From: an uncultured delta proteobacterium
Lineage (GTDB): Bacteria; Myxococcota_A; Polyangia; Polyangiales; Polyangiaceae
Direction of reading: 5' to 3'
Assembly: GCA_963806225.1 (NCBI GenBank)
Contig: CAWDXG010000001.1
Span: forward strand, 672,001-736,000
Length of the DNA: 64,000 bases
The notes below the pieces were generated by a model, which was given only the letters and a program-made list of their open reading frames with translations, had not been told where the DNA came from and ran no database searches. Position 1 is the stretch's first letter. Every line of letters begins with the position of its first letter. A program made the translations under genes and the position numbers. Below, one piece after another: positions 1-10,216 of the stretch.

Positions 1-319
1 CGTTCGGGAACTTCGCCTTCCCGCCGTAGTAGTCGAAGACGACGCGCGCCGCCGAAGGAGCTTTCGGGTCGCATACGTAGTTGTCCGGCTTGCCGACACG
101 CAGCACTTCGCTGTGGTGGTGGTCGAATGCGAGGTGCACTGCCGGGACGTACGGCAGGTTGGTCGAGATGTCGCGCGCGGTGATCTCGATCTTGCCGTCC
201 TGCATGTCCTTGGGATGCACGAACAGGATGTCGTCGATCAGGTCCAGCTCCTTGAGCAGGACCGCGCACACCAACCCATCGAAATCGCTTCGCGTCACCA
301 AGCGGTATTTATCAGCCAT
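1..319 (-). CDS. DHH-family phosphoesterase (exopolyphosphatase-like / nanoRNase NrnB-like), 3' end outside window
   Basis: Manual translation from ATG 319: MADKYRLVTRSDFDGLVCAVLLKEL...FVHPKDMQDG...NLPYV...FDHHHSE; contains DxDG and DHH motifs. Confidence 0.85.
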   Translation of the reverse strand, partial: MADKYRLVTRSDFDGLVCAVLLKELDLIDDILFVHPKDMQDGKIEITARDISTNLPYVPAVHLAFDHHHSEVLRVGKPDNYVCDPKAPSAARVVFDYYGGKAKFPN

Positions 320-420
320 CCCGCTTTTCTACATGAGTGCGAGAGCGGATACCATGGGTTTTCCGGGCTGGAGCGAGCCCGCTCGACGTCCGGTTCGCGC
401 GCGCGTGGTACTCTGTCGGC

Positions 421-1455
421 GTGTCCGGGCACTCACGAGGGGTGGCCGCCGGCGTCGTGCTCGCGTTCGCGTTGGTTGCCTGCAGCGGGTCGGTGTTGCA
501 GCGCGGTACCGACGCTGGCGCGGGGAGCGACGGGGCAAACGGCGCGGCGGGATCCGCCGCGGGCGGTGCGGGGCAGGGCGGTTCTGCCGGGGCGGATGCC
601 GGCAGCGCCGGACAGGGGAGCGGAGGAAAAGACGGCGGCGCCGTGGATGCGGCGACCGCGTGCGCACAGTATGCGGACGCCTACTGCGTGCTCAAGCTCA
701 TGTGCGAGCCGTTCTTCGCGAACTGGCAGTGGAGCTCGGACGCACAGCGTTGCCGCGACGTGACCCGCCGCTGGTGCCGGCTCAGCCTCCAGACGGACGG
801 CTCGAACACCACGGCGGCGTGGTTCGCGGATCGCGCGGCGAAGCTGGACGCGATGTCGTGCAGCGAGCGGCTCTACACCGCGGCAGGTTACTTCGCCAAC
901 GCTCATCCGCCCGGTGCGCGTGCCGACGGCGCTCCCTGCATCATCGGCGCACAGTGCGCAGCAGGCTATTGCGTGACCCCAGTCGGAGACGCGTGCGGGA
1001 CCTGCTACAGCTTCTCCAAGCCGGGCGGAGCGTGCCAGAGCACCTCGAATTGCACTCCTGGTTGCCGGTGCGTCGCGGGCAGTTGCGCGCTTCCGGCGGA
1101 AATCGCTCACGCTTGCGACGCCGGCAATCCCTGCATGCAGGGCCTCACGTGCACCGGCGGCACCTGCCAGATCACGCCTTCCGGCGGCCCCTGCCCGACG
1201 GGCTGGGAATGCGGCGGCACCATCAACGGCGAGTTCTGCAGTGGCGGCACCTGCCAGCCGACGTCGCTCGGGCAGCCCGGCGCCCTTTGCACCAGCGCCG
1301 CGCCCTACTGCCCCGGCGGGGGCTACTGCTCCGGCACTACCTGCCCGGCTCTGCCCGTCCTCGCCGGCAAAGCGTGCACGGGCACCGCGGATTGCGAGGA
1401 CCTCACGTACTGCGACAACGGCAACTGCACCGAGCTGCCGAACGGCTGCCCGTGA
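421..1455 (+). CDS. Cys-rich secreted lipoprotein with Gly-rich linker
   Basis: Lipobox ALVAC, Gly/Ala linker, repeated GxxC-x5-CxxGxxC modules; start uncertain (ORF open from 337). Confidence 0.75.
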   Translation: MSGHSRGVAAGVVLAFALVACSGSVLQRGTDAGAGSDGANGAAGSAAGGAGQGGSAGADAGSAGQGSGGKDGGAVDAATACAQYADAYCVLKLMCEPFFANWQWSSDAQRCRDVTRRWCRLSLQTDGSNTTAAWFADRAAKLDAMSCSERLYTAAGYFANAHPPGARADGAPCIIGAQCAAGYCVTPVGDACGTCYSFSKPGGACQSTSNCTPGCRCVAGSCALPAEIAHACDAGNPCMQGLTCTGGTCQITPSGGPCPTGWECGGTINGEFCSGGTCQPTSLGQPGALCTSAAPYCPGGGYCSGTTCPALPVLAGKACTGTADCEDLTYCDNGNCTELPNGCP

Positions 1456-1469
1456 GCGCGCAGCGTTGT

Positions 1470-2417
1470 TCAGCTCCGTTGCGCCTTGTGACGGCGCTTT
1501 CCGACTGAAAACGCCACGCCCTGGGCGTTCAGGTCGATATCCGTCTCCAGCAGCTCGCGTGCGGCCCGGTCGTCGCCGAGGCCGTGCTCCGCGAGCAGCT
1601 CGTCGAACAGGGCGCGGATGCGCTTCTGGCAGAGCGCGTCGAGCGCGTCGCCTTCGAGGTCCGACGCGAAGGCCTCGTCCGCCAGCGCGCCGTAGACGTC
1701 GAGCTGGCGGTGGAGCTGGGCGGCGATGGCCTCGAGCTCGCGCTGCTCGCCGAAGTGGGTCAGGAACGCGCGCTCGGCGCCGGTGGCGAGGATGCGGTCG
1801 AGGGCCCGCTTGGCCTCGGCCGCATCGAAGTCGGTCGGCGAGGTGGACGGGATGGCGAACAGCCCGCGGCGCTGCAGCTCCGGATACACGAGGCCGAACG
1901 AGTCGCCGGTGAAGATGCCGTCCGAGCCCGAGTCGAGAACGCAGAAGTGGTGGTTGGCGTGGCCGCGGGTATGCAGGAACGTGAGCGTGCGCTGCCCGAA
2001 CGAAAGCGTCTCGTTGTCCTGCATGATGCGCACGCGCTCGCCGGGTACGGGGCGGATCTCGCCGTACATCTCGCGGAACGGCTGCTCGCCGTACACTGCC
2101 TGCGCGCTCTTGACGAGCTTCTGCGGGTCGATGACGTGCGGTGCCGCGCGTGGGTGGGCGAGCAGCGTGGCGCCCGGACAGGCGTCCATCAGCGCCGAGG
2201 CGCCCCCGGCATGGTCGAGGTGCACGTGCGTGATGATGACGTACTCGACCGCCTCCGGACCGAGACCCTCCGCCTCGAGCGCGGAGAGCAGTCTGGGCAG
2301 CGAGCGGTTCGTGTTGGTCTCGACGAACGCGGCGCGGTCGCCCTCGCGCATCAGGTAGGCGGCCGCGAAGCCGTCGCGGTTCATGTAGCCGGTGTCGATG
2401 GTCTGGATCTTGCTCAT
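1470..2417 (-). CDS. MBL-fold metallo-hydrolase
   Basis: THVHLDHAGG, GHANHH, FTGD; start MSKIQTIDTG. Confidence 0.9.
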   Translation of the reverse strand: MSKIQTIDTGYMNRDGFAAAYLMREGDRAAFVETNTNRSLPRLLSALEAEGLGPEAVEYVIITHVHLDHAGGASALMDACPGATLLAHPRAAPHVIDPQKLVKSAQAVYGEQPFREMYGEIRPVPGERVRIMQDNETLSFGQRTLTFLHTRGHANHHFCVLDSGSDGIFTGDSFGLVYPELQRRGLFAIPSTSPTDFDAAEAKRALDRILATGAERAFLTHFGEQRELEAIAAQLHRQLDVYGALADEAFASDLEGDALDALCQKRIRALFDELLAEHGLGDDRAARELLETDIDLNAQGVAFSVGKRRHKAQRS

Positions 2418-2696
2418 CGTCTCTTCTGGTGTTGCTTCGGGCGCTTCAGGCGCTCGGCGCGGTAGCGCCCGCCAAATAGTCGGCCCGCGAGTGCCATTCT
2501 GGACCGTGACTATCGGCTGGCAGCAGCACCCAGGCAAGCGTCTCGCCGGCCCGGCTCGATGGCGCGAAGGGCCTGATGACCCCGAAAAAGCCGCCCTGGG
2601 GCTGCGTCGGGGTTTTCGTCTTGCTGCGTGTGCCCCACCCGAGCGAGAAGGGCAGGTGGCGCGCTGGGGTGCGCCGTTTCTTTCGACGGACAAGGC

Positions 2697-4331
2697 ATGG
2701 CCAAAAAAGCCGACGAGCCCGGGAGCGAAAGCTCCAGCAAACACATGATCCCCACCACCCAGGGGCCCGCCGAGGACTTCGAGCCGGCGTCGCCCGAAAC
2801 GGTGGAGGCCGAGGGCGACATGCACGCCCTGGTCGATGTCGAGCAGCTCGGCCTGTTCGCCGCGATCGCGTCGCTCAGCTACGTGTTCTGGATCTGCGGC
2901 GGCATGGAGATGGTCGAGCGTCTCGCCTACTACGGCGTGAAGGCGGTCGCGACGCTCTACGCCAAGGACCCGGTCAGCAAGGGCGGGCTCGGTATCACGC
3001 TCACGTCGTTCGGCGTCATCCTGCTGGTCTGGGCGCTGGTGCAGACGGTCGTCCCTGTGTTCACCGGCGGCCTGTCCGACCGCTACGGCTACAAGGAGAC
3101 CATCTTCGTCTCGACCATCGTCAAGATCTCCGGCTACGTGACGATGGGGCTGTTCCCGACGTTCTGGGGCTTCTTCGCGGGTGCGATCCTGCTCGCCACC
3201 GGCACGGCGATCTTCAAGCCCGGTATCCAGGGCACGCTGGTCAAGGCGACCAGCCGCAAGAACAGCTCGATGGCCTGGGGCGTGTTCTACCAGACGGTGA
3301 ACATCGGCGGCTATCTGGGGCCGCTCGTGGCCGGCTTCATGCGCAAGATGGAATGGAAGTATGTCTTCTTCGCCTGCGCCGGCATCATCTGTTTCAACTT
3401 CCTGTTCTTGCTCATGTACAAGGAGCCGGACAAGGAAGAGCGCATCGCGCGCAACAAGCTCTACAAAGAGGGCAAGAAGAAGCGTGACAGCTTGTGGCTC
3501 GAGTCACTGAAGGAGCTGAAGAAGAAGCACGTCTGGACGTACCTGGCGATCTTCAGCGGCTTCTGGTTCATGTTCAACGCGCTCTTCGACGTCCTCCCCG
3601 CGCACATCGACGACTGGGTCAACACGCACGAGGTGGTGCGGACGCTGTTCGGCACGCACGGCACCACGAACCCGATCATCAAGTTCTTCGTGGTGATGAG
3701 CAAGGACGGCAAGCACATCCAGCCCGAGGGCATGCTCAACCTCGACGCCGGGATGATCATGGTCACCTGCTTCATCTTCGCCTGGATCAGCGGCAAGATG
3801 CGCGCGACCACGAGCATGGTCGTGGGCACGCTGCTCGCTACCGGCGCGATGTTCATGATCGGTTTCTCGGTTGCCGGCTGGACGATGGTGTTCGCCATCT
3901 TGATCTTCGCGATCGGCGAGATGCTCTCCAGCCCGAAGTTCTCCGAGTACATCGGCAACTTCGCGCCGGCCGACAAGAAGGCCATGTACCTTGGCTTCTC
4001 GCAGATCCCGCTGGCCATCGGCTGGAGCCTCGAGGGCTTCATCGGCCCCGCGCTGTATGACCATTTCGCGTCCAAGGAGCGTTTCGCGCGCGAGATGCTC
4101 ATCCAGAAGGGGATGGCAGCGAGCCAGGTGCACGCCATCAAGCAGGGCGAGGCCTTCCAGAAGCTCGTCGACTTCACGCACGACACGCCCGAGCACCTGA
4201 CGACGGTGCTCTACAACTCGCACCACGTCGGGCTGCTCTGGGTATTGCTTGGTTTCATCGGCATCGTGTCGGCTGTGGGCATCTACGTCTACGGCCGCTG
4301 GGTGATGAGTCTCGCGAAAAAGCCCTCGTAG
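2697..4331 (+). CDS. MFS transporter (POT/peptide transporter-like)
   Basis: EMVERLAYYG (ExxERxxYY), GGLSDRYG, FKP, FYQTVNIG, about 12 TM segments. Confidence 0.88.
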   Translation: MAKKADEPGSESSSKHMIPTTQGPAEDFEPASPETVEAEGDMHALVDVEQLGLFAAIASLSYVFWICGGMEMVERLAYYGVKAVATLYAKDPVSKGGLGITLTSFGVILLVWALVQTVVPVFTGGLSDRYGYKETIFVSTIVKISGYVTMGLFPTFWGFFAGAILLATGTAIFKPGIQGTLVKATSRKNSSMAWGVFYQTVNIGGYLGPLVAGFMRKMEWKYVFFACAGIICFNFLFLLMYKEPDKEERIARNKLYKEGKKKRDSLWLESLKELKKKHVWTYLAIFSGFWFMFNALFDVLPAHIDDWVNTHEVVRTLFGTHGTTNPIIKFFVVMSKDGKHIQPEGMLNLDAGMIMVTCFIFAWISGKMRATTSMVVGTLLATGAMFMIGFSVAGWTMVFAILIFAIGEMLSSPKFSEYIGNFAPADKKAMYLGFSQIPLAIGWSLEGFIGPALYDHFASKERFAREMLIQKGMAASQVHAIKQGEAFQKLVDFTHDTPEHLTTVLYNSHHVGLLWVLLGFIGIVSAVGIYVYGRWVMSLAKKPS

Positions 4332-4408
4332 AACACCCAGAAGCCCCCAGAGACCCGGCTCGCCCGCGCCGTTGACGAAGCTCGGGGGGCAGGTCAGGAT
4401 TCCGCAAC

Positions 4409-5083
4409 TTGATCACGAAGATTCTCGAAGGTCTCTCGCTCTTCATCATCGGCGTCATCGGCAAGATGGGCTACCCGGGGGTGGTGTTGCTCATGGGCAT
4501 CGAGTCCATGTGCATCCCGCTGCCGTCGGAGGTCATCATGCCCTTCGCCGGTTTCCAGGTCGCTTCCGGGCGCTTCAACGTCTGGTGGCTGGGCCTGGCC
4601 GGCGCGGTCGGCTGCGTGCTCGGATCGATTCCGGCGTACTACGCCGGCAAGTACGGCGGGCGGAAGTTCATCGAGAAGCACCTCAGGCTGAAGATCTGGA
4701 AGAACGCTGCCAAGGAGTGGTTCCTGGTGCTGCCGAAGTCCGATCTGGATCGCGCCGATCGCCTGTTCGAAAAGCACGGCGCGCCGGTGGTGTTCTTTGC
4801 GCGGCTGTTGCCGGTGGTGCGGACGTTCATCGCATTCCCGGCAGGCGTGTCGTCGATGCCGATGCGCCCCTTCATCCTCTACACCTTCATCGGCTCGTTC
4901 CCCTGGTGCCTGGGTCTGGCGTATCTGGGCACGAAGCTCGGCGCCAACTGGGCGGAGCTGAAGCCGTACTTCCACCGCTTCGACGCGGTTATCGGCCTGG
5001 TCATCGTGATCGGCGCGGTCTACTTCATCCGTCACCATCTCGAGGCGCGCCCGCGCGGGGCGGCCGAGGCGGACGGCGCGTAG
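4409..5083 (+). CDS. DedA family membrane protein
   Basis: IESMCIPLPSEVIMPFAG and FFARLLPVVRTFI motifs. Confidence 0.92.
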   Translation: MITKILEGLSLFIIGVIGKMGYPGVVLLMGIESMCIPLPSEVIMPFAGFQVASGRFNVWWLGLAGAVGCVLGSIPAYYAGKYGGRKFIEKHLRLKIWKNAAKEWFLVLPKSDLDRADRLFEKHGAPVVFFARLLPVVRTFIAFPAGVSSMPMRPFILYTFIGSFPWCLGLAYLGTKLGANWAELKPYFHRFDAVIGLVIVIGAVYFIRHHLEARPRGAAEADGA

Positions 5084-5116
5084 CGGATCGCGCGGCAGGT
5101 CCCCACACAGCCCGCT

Positions 5117-5812
5117 ATGAATCGCGCTCTCGACGTAGCTTCCTCCTGGACCGGCAGTGTGCTCGGCGGCACGGCGGGGCTCGTCGTCGGCCCGCTCGGT
5201 CCGCGCCCCGAACAGCCGCTCGAGCTCTACGAGTACGAGGGCTGTCCTTTCTGCCGCAAGGTGCGCGAGGCGCTGAGCATGCTCGACCTCGAGGCCCGCA
5301 TCTATCCGTGCCCGCGCGGCGGCACGCGCTTCCGGCCCGAGGTCGAACGCCGCGGTGGCAGGCCGCAGTTTCCGTACCTCGTCGATCCGAACACCGGCCG
5401 CGAGATGTACGAGTCGAACGACATCACGCGCTATCTGTACGAGACGTACGGTACCGGTCGGCGCGCGCTCTCGCTCTCGCTCGGCCCGGTCAGCACCCTC
5501 AACGCGGCACTGGTCTCCATTCCGCGACTCGGCCGCGGCTCTCGCGCCCGCCCGAACCGTGCGCCCGGACAGCCACTGGAGCTCTGGAGCTTCGAGGCGT
5601 CGCCCTACTGCCGCATCGCCCGCGAGGTGCTGTCGGAGCTGGAAATCCCCTATCTCCTGCACAACGTCGCGAAGAAGAGCCCCAGCCGAAGAGGGTTCAT
5701 CGAGCGGTCGGGGAAGATGATGGTGCCGTATCTGGCCGATCCGAACACAGGCCGGGAGATGTTCGAGTCGGCGGATATCGTAAGCTACCTCGGTGACACC
5801 TACGGCGTCTGA
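5117..5812 (+). CDS. Tandem glutathione S-transferase N-terminal (thioredoxin-fold) domain protein
   Basis: Two repeats: CPFC...PYLVDPNTGREMYESNDI and SPYC...PYLADPNTGREMFESADI. Confidence 0.88.
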   Translation: MNRALDVASSWTGSVLGGTAGLVVGPLGPRPEQPLELYEYEGCPFCRKVREALSMLDLEARIYPCPRGGTRFRPEVERRGGRPQFPYLVDPNTGREMYESNDITRYLYETYGTGRRALSLSLGPVSTLNAALVSIPRLGRGSRARPNRAPGQPLELWSFEASPYCRIAREVLSELEIPYLLHNVAKKSPSRRGFIERSGKMMVPYLADPNTGREMFESADIVSYLGDTYGV

Positions 5813-6842
5813 CGAGCTCGCGCGCGAGCTCGACACGACGGCACGCTTCGAGTCCCCGGCGGTCGGCGTGGAGCGGGCGATCGCGCTCGGCGGCGCGCTG
5901 TCGCTGCTGTGGTCCCTGGGGATCCTCGCGCTGGTGACGGGCGCCGTGCTGCACGTCGTGGCGGTGCCCGTGTGGGCCTACGTTGTGCTCTTCCTGGCGC
6001 CGATCCTGATCGCGCTCGGTCGGCGGCTCCTGCGCGGCATGTCCGCGCGGCGCGCACCCGGAGCGGTCTCCGTCGACGTCTCGGCTATCACGATCGACCG
6101 CGCCGGCGTGCGGCGGCAGCTGGCGTTTCCGCCCGAGCGCGAGGGCTGGTCCACTCCGCTCGCAGACGGGAGCGCTGTCGTCGGGCTGCGGGTGCGCGGC
6201 GGCGGGTTGGTCTGCTTCAGGATCGACCAGGGCGAGGCGGCGCGGGCCCTCGCGGCGGCCGGGGTGACGCCCGGCCGCCGCCCGCTCCGTTTCACGCTCG
6301 AGCGGCCGGGGCCGTGGAGCTTGTGGCTGCGCTGGCTCCAGGGAAAGCGCTGGGCGCGAGCCGGGCTCGTCACCATGCTGCTGGCGCTGGCCGCGCTCGA
6401 GCTCGCCCCGGCCCTGTATCCGCTTGCGTATCTCGTGGGGCTGGCTCTGTTCGTGGGCGAGCGCGCGCTCTGGGTGCGCGACCCGCCGCGCGTCGTGGTC
6501 GAAGAGGGTGCTCTCGGGCTCGCGGCGCTCGGCCATCGCAGCCGCGTGCCACTCGACCGCGTGGTGAGCGTGGACGCGACGCCGCGCGGGGTCGTGCTCA
6601 CGTCCGCCGATGGCGGCGAGCTGGTGCTGCCCATCGCGTCGGGCCGGCCCGAGCGACGCGGCCGGACCGGCTTCTGGGTGAGCGAAGCGGAGCTGCGCGA
6701 TTCCGAGCTGGCGCGGCAGGCGTCGCTCGTCGAGGCGTTGAAGCTCGCCTGCGCAGCCCTCGGAGAGGGGCAGGACGGCTATCGCGGAGCGGCCCTGCGT
6801 GGTTATGCTCGCGCCGCCCGGCTTCCGCCGGCCAAGTCATGA
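5793..6842 (+). CDS. Hypothetical membrane protein
   Basis: Two TM hairpins, each followed by a beta-rich segment; overlaps the upstream gene; stop lies inside the left 81-bp repeat. Confidence 0.6.
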   Translation: MTPTASDELARELDTTARFESPAVGVERAIALGGALSLLWSLGILALVTGAVLHVVAVPVWAYVVLFLAPILIALGRRLLRGMSARRAPGAVSVDVSAITIDRAGVRRQLAFPPEREGWSTPLADGSAVVGLRVRGGGLVCFRIDQGEAARALAAAGVTPGRRPLRFTLERPGPWSLWLRWLQGKRWARAGLVTMLLALAALELAPALYPLAYLVGLALFVGERALWVRDPPRVVVEEGALGLAALGHRSRVPLDRVVSVDATPRGVVLTSADGGELVLPIASGRPERRGRTGFWVSEAELRDSELARQASLVEALKLACAALGEGQDGYRGAALRGYARAARLPPAKS

Positions 6843-6851
6843 CTGCTTCCG
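6771..6851 (+). repeat. Left copy of 81-bp direct repeat
   Basis: caggacggctatcgcggagcggccctgcgtggttatgctcgcgccgcccggcttccgccggccaagtcatgactgcttccg; 77/81 identical to 12874-12954. Confidence 0.95.
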
Positions 6852-7231
6852 CGAAAGTCCCCAGCCGGCCTACCGCGTCGGCGATCACGCCCCTGCACCT
6901 GCGGTCGATGATCGGCGTGACACTCGTCGCGAGCGCGCTCGCCGGCTGCCACCGGTCGTTCAGCTTCAACGTCAGGGGCCCGCCGAAGACCGAGGTCGCG
7001 TTCGATTGCGGTGACCAGCGCATTCGTCTCACGCTCGACGCCAGCGGCGCGAGCTCGGCGAGCGCCGCCCCGAACCTGTGCAGCGTGTCGACCTCCGCGC
7101 CGATCACCGTGATCGCGCACTGCCACAGCAAGACCTGCGGCATCGGGACCCCGATCGCCTACACCCAGCTTACCGATGGCGAGACACGCACCTTTGCCAT
7201 CGAACCGCGCCCCACGATTCCATCGCCCTGA
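6839..7231 (+). CDS. Small putative lipoprotein
   Basis: Lipobox ALAGC; starts at the duplicated miaE-like ATG (or at ATG 6908). Confidence 0.6.
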   Translation: MTASAKVPSRPTASAITPLHLRSMIGVTLVASALAGCHRSFSFNVRGPPKTEVAFDCGDQRIRLTLDASGASSASAAPNLCSVSTSAPITVIAHCHSKTCGIGTPIAYTQLTDGETRTFAIEPRPTIPSP

Positions 7232-7297
7232 TCCCGAACGACGCGACTCAGGCGGAAAGCAGGCGGCCGCGCCGCCGGCGGCGCGGTCGGCGACACC

Positions 7298-9850
7298 TCA
7301 GGGCACCGTGCGGGTGTTCCAGGTGCCCAGATAGTCCTGGTGGGCCGCATCCGTCGGATACTCCTCCGGAGCACCGTAGGGGAAGTTCGACATCGCGGCG
7401 AAGGGCAAGGGCGACACCGTGTAGGGCACAAGACCGCCCTTGTCGAGGTTCGACTGCTTGTAGTAGCCCACGCTGGCGAAAGCGTAGAAGCGGCGCTCAC
7501 CGAGGGCGGGAGGGACTGGCGGCTGGAACTCGAGCGCCACTTCGTCTCCCGAACCGAAGATGGCGAACATGTCGTCGACGGCATCGAGCAGCGGACTCAC
7601 ATCGCCGTACTGGGTGTACGAGCCCGGCGCGAGCGGCCAGGAGAACGGTCCGGGCTTCGAGTAGGTGTACACGGGCAGGTCGCCGGCCGAGAAGAACGAG
7701 AACCCGTGGTAACCGAGGCTGGCGGAGAGCAGCGGCGCCTCGGAAATGGCAAGCGGCAGGTTGGGTGTCGTGTCGATCCAGATGGCGTCGAGCGCAGTCT
7801 TGTTCACCCAGCTCAGGCGCATCCGGTAGTCGTTGGTCGGGAAGATGTTCGTGATGTCGGCGGCCATGACCCGGGGGAACTCCTTCGGCCGGACGAGGGT
7901 CACCAGGGTCCGCGGAACGTCCACCCAGTTCTTGTTCGCATCGAGCACCTGGAGCCGGGTCTGCAGCCCCGTGGGATCCTGCTGGGCCCGGAAGGCGAAC
8001 CCCGCCTTGGTCGTCGGATAGCGCGAGCGACCGTCGACGATCAGCTTGATCACGGATGCTCCGGAGAGGTCACCGGGATCGATCTCGATGGTGTTCCAGT
8101 AGGGTTGGTTGTTGTCTTCGGAGAGCGTGACCACGTTGCCGTCGCTCGCGGCGAGCGCTGCCGTGACGTCGTCGCCCGTCTCCAGGTGGACAGCGCCGAG
8201 CAACGGTTTGCGCGTCGTGGCGATGCTGACCAGGCGCTGATCCAGCGCTATTGCAGGCCCCGGAACGTTGTTGGCCCAGGCGACGACCTGCCGGTCCTCG
8301 GGAACATCGACCGCGAACAGGCGGGCCTCGTCGAGGTAGTCGATCTCCTCCAACTCTTCGACCAGGCGCAACTCGAGCAGGCCACCTCTCGGGGTGAGCG
8401 AATTGCGCAGGACGTAGGCGTCGTTGGGGTCGGGCTTGCGATAGTGGTCGCCCAGGTACAGCCCCAGCGTGCCCGAGGTGTACATGTCGGACTCGAAGCC
8501 GAAATCCTGACCGTTCCAGGAATAGAGGATGGGGCACGAGAAGACGCTCGAGAGCAGCACGGTGCAGGTCCCCGTCGCGCTACAGCCCCACTTGTTCGTG
8601 TAGCAACCGTTGCTACCGCAGTCGTAGGTCTGTTTGCATGGGGTCTTGAGCGCCGCGAGTTGGGCGGGCGGGCAATCGGCGGAGGTTCCCGTGCACATCG
8701 AGGCGAGCACGCAACCGTGCTCGGCCGACGCACTACACTGGGTCGACGATGGCTGGTAGGTCGTGACGCATTTCCCGGAGCCGTCGCAGGTGTCTTGAAT
8801 CTTGCAAGGGCCGCTGGTTCCGGTCGAGCAGGCGGAGCCCTTTGGCGCGGGCGCCGAGCAGTCGTTCGTGGATTCGTTGCACGCTCCGTTGCAGCTGGAA
8901 TTGGTGCTGCTGACGCAGGGATCTCCCGCATGCTTGGTGCACGCGCCAGCGGTGCATTTGTCGGTGCCGTTGCAGTACACGCCGTCGTTGCAGCTCGTGC
9001 CATCCGCCTTGTCGGCGAGGCCACACTGCCCCGCGACGCAGGTAGCGCTCTGACAGGTTGGCGGCTTCGCGCACTCGCTTGCGTTGATGCACCCGACGCA
9101 TTTGCCAGCGCCATCGCAGTGCAGCCCAGCGCTGCCACCACATGGCGTGTTCTGCGACGCGGGGGAATTGCTCGGCTGGCCGTTGTTGCACTGGTCGGTG
9201 GTGCAGTCGTTGCCGTCGTCGGGAATGTCGGTGTCGTCGACTTGCTGCTGCTTGCCGCCGTTGCCGTCGCACACTTCGACGTGGCAGTCGCCCGGTGTCT
9301 GCGTCGCGAGCGGGGCGCCCGTCGGCGCGAAGGTCTGCCCACAGGCGCCGAGCAAGCACGTCCGCGTCTGGCACTCGTCGTCAGCGGGCAGCGACGTGCA
9401 ATCGCTCGCGGAGGAGCACTCGACGCATTCCGACGTGACGCCGCCGGAGCAGACGACGCCGCCGTTGGTGCTGCATGCCGTCCCAGCCGCCACTCCCGTG
9501 AAGGTGGGTACGCCCTCCGCGCAGCCGTCCTTGGTGCAATCGTTTGCGTCGTCGGGAAGGTCGGTGTCGTCGGCCAGCTCGAACGCGTGGCCGTTCGCGC
9601 AGGCAGCGGTCTTGCAGTCGCCGGTCACCTGCTCCGGTGCCACGCCATCGGCCGCGGCCGTGTGGGAGCAGGCGCCGGATGTGCACTCGTCGACGGTGCA
9701 GGCGTTGTTGTCGTCGCAGTCCTGCGCCGTGCTGCAGCCGTTCCGCCCACTCTTCAGGGAATCGCCACTGTAGTAGCAGGCACTGACCAGCGTGGCCCCG
9801 ATGAAGATCGAGGCCAAGGCGAGACGCGGAAGATCCAGGGAAGACCTCAT
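7298..9850 (-). CDS. Large Cys-rich repeat lipoprotein with non-repeat C-terminal module
   Basis: Lipobox LVSAC; CDDxNxCTxDxC repeats; C-terminal region of about 400 aa starting SCPILYSWNG, resembling the tail of FG-GAP/ASPIC-UnbV proteins. Confidence 0.8.
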   Translation of the reverse strand: MRSSLDLPRLALASIFIGATLVSACYYSGDSLKSGRNGCSTAQDCDDNNACTVDECTSGACSHTAAADGVAPEQVTGDCKTAACANGHAFELADDTDLPDDANDCTKDGCAEGVPTFTGVAAGTACSTNGGVVCSGGVTSECVECSSASDCTSLPADDECQTRTCLLGACGQTFAPTGAPLATQTPGDCHVEVCDGNGGKQQQVDDTDIPDDGNDCTTDQCNNGQPSNSPASQNTPCGGSAGLHCDGAGKCVGCINASECAKPPTCQSATCVAGQCGLADKADGTSCNDGVYCNGTDKCTAGACTKHAGDPCVSSTNSSCNGACNESTNDCSAPAPKGSACSTGTSGPCKIQDTCDGSGKCVTTYQPSSTQCSASAEHGCVLASMCTGTSADCPPAQLAALKTPCKQTYDCGSNGCYTNKWGCSATGTCTVLLSSVFSCPILYSWNGQDFGFESDMYTSGTLGLYLGDHYRKPDPNDAYVLRNSLTPRGGLLELRLVEELEEIDYLDEARLFAVDVPEDRQVVAWANNVPGPAIALDQRLVSIATTRKPLLGAVHLETGDDVTAALAASDGNVVTLSEDNNQPYWNTIEIDPGDLSGASVIKLIVDGRSRYPTTKAGFAFRAQQDPTGLQTRLQVLDANKNWVDVPRTLVTLVRPKEFPRVMAADITNIFPTNDYRMRLSWVNKTALDAIWIDTTPNLPLAISEAPLLSASLGYHGFSFFSAGDLPVYTYSKPGPFSWPLAPGSYTQYGDVSPLLDAVDDMFAIFGSGDEVALEFQPPVPPALGERRFYAFASVGYYKQSNLDKGGLVPYTVSPLPFAAMSNFPYGAPEEYPTDAAHQDYLGTWNTRTVP

Positions 9851-10216
9851 CGACGAGCCGTCAACGTAGCTCCTGCCCCGTGCCGACCTCGCCCTCGGGC
9901 AAATTCTGCGGCGCCGGCGCGGCGCACCCACCCGCCATGACCAGGGCCGCGGCGAATGCGAGGAACCCCGGCAATCTCATGGGCGGTCGAGTAGTCATCC
10001 ATCCCCACCGTAGCGCAGCTCACGAAAAGAATAGCACGGCCACGCCGTTCTTGCTGCGCCGCATCGGCTACCTCGCGCATCCGCCGATGAAAATGCGCCG
10101 CTGCGACCTCCTCACGCCCCGCGCCGATAGCCCGTTGAGCACGGAGGCGACGACGACTTCTCCGCCGCCCTTCCGCGAGCCGAGCTCGACGATGAAGAAC
10201 GCGGATGGCGCGGGCT

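Noticed and set aside
9851..10216. Possible gene remnant or sigma54 promoter between islet genes
   Set aside because: No recognisable protein motif; CGGCACG lacks a correctly spaced -12 GC
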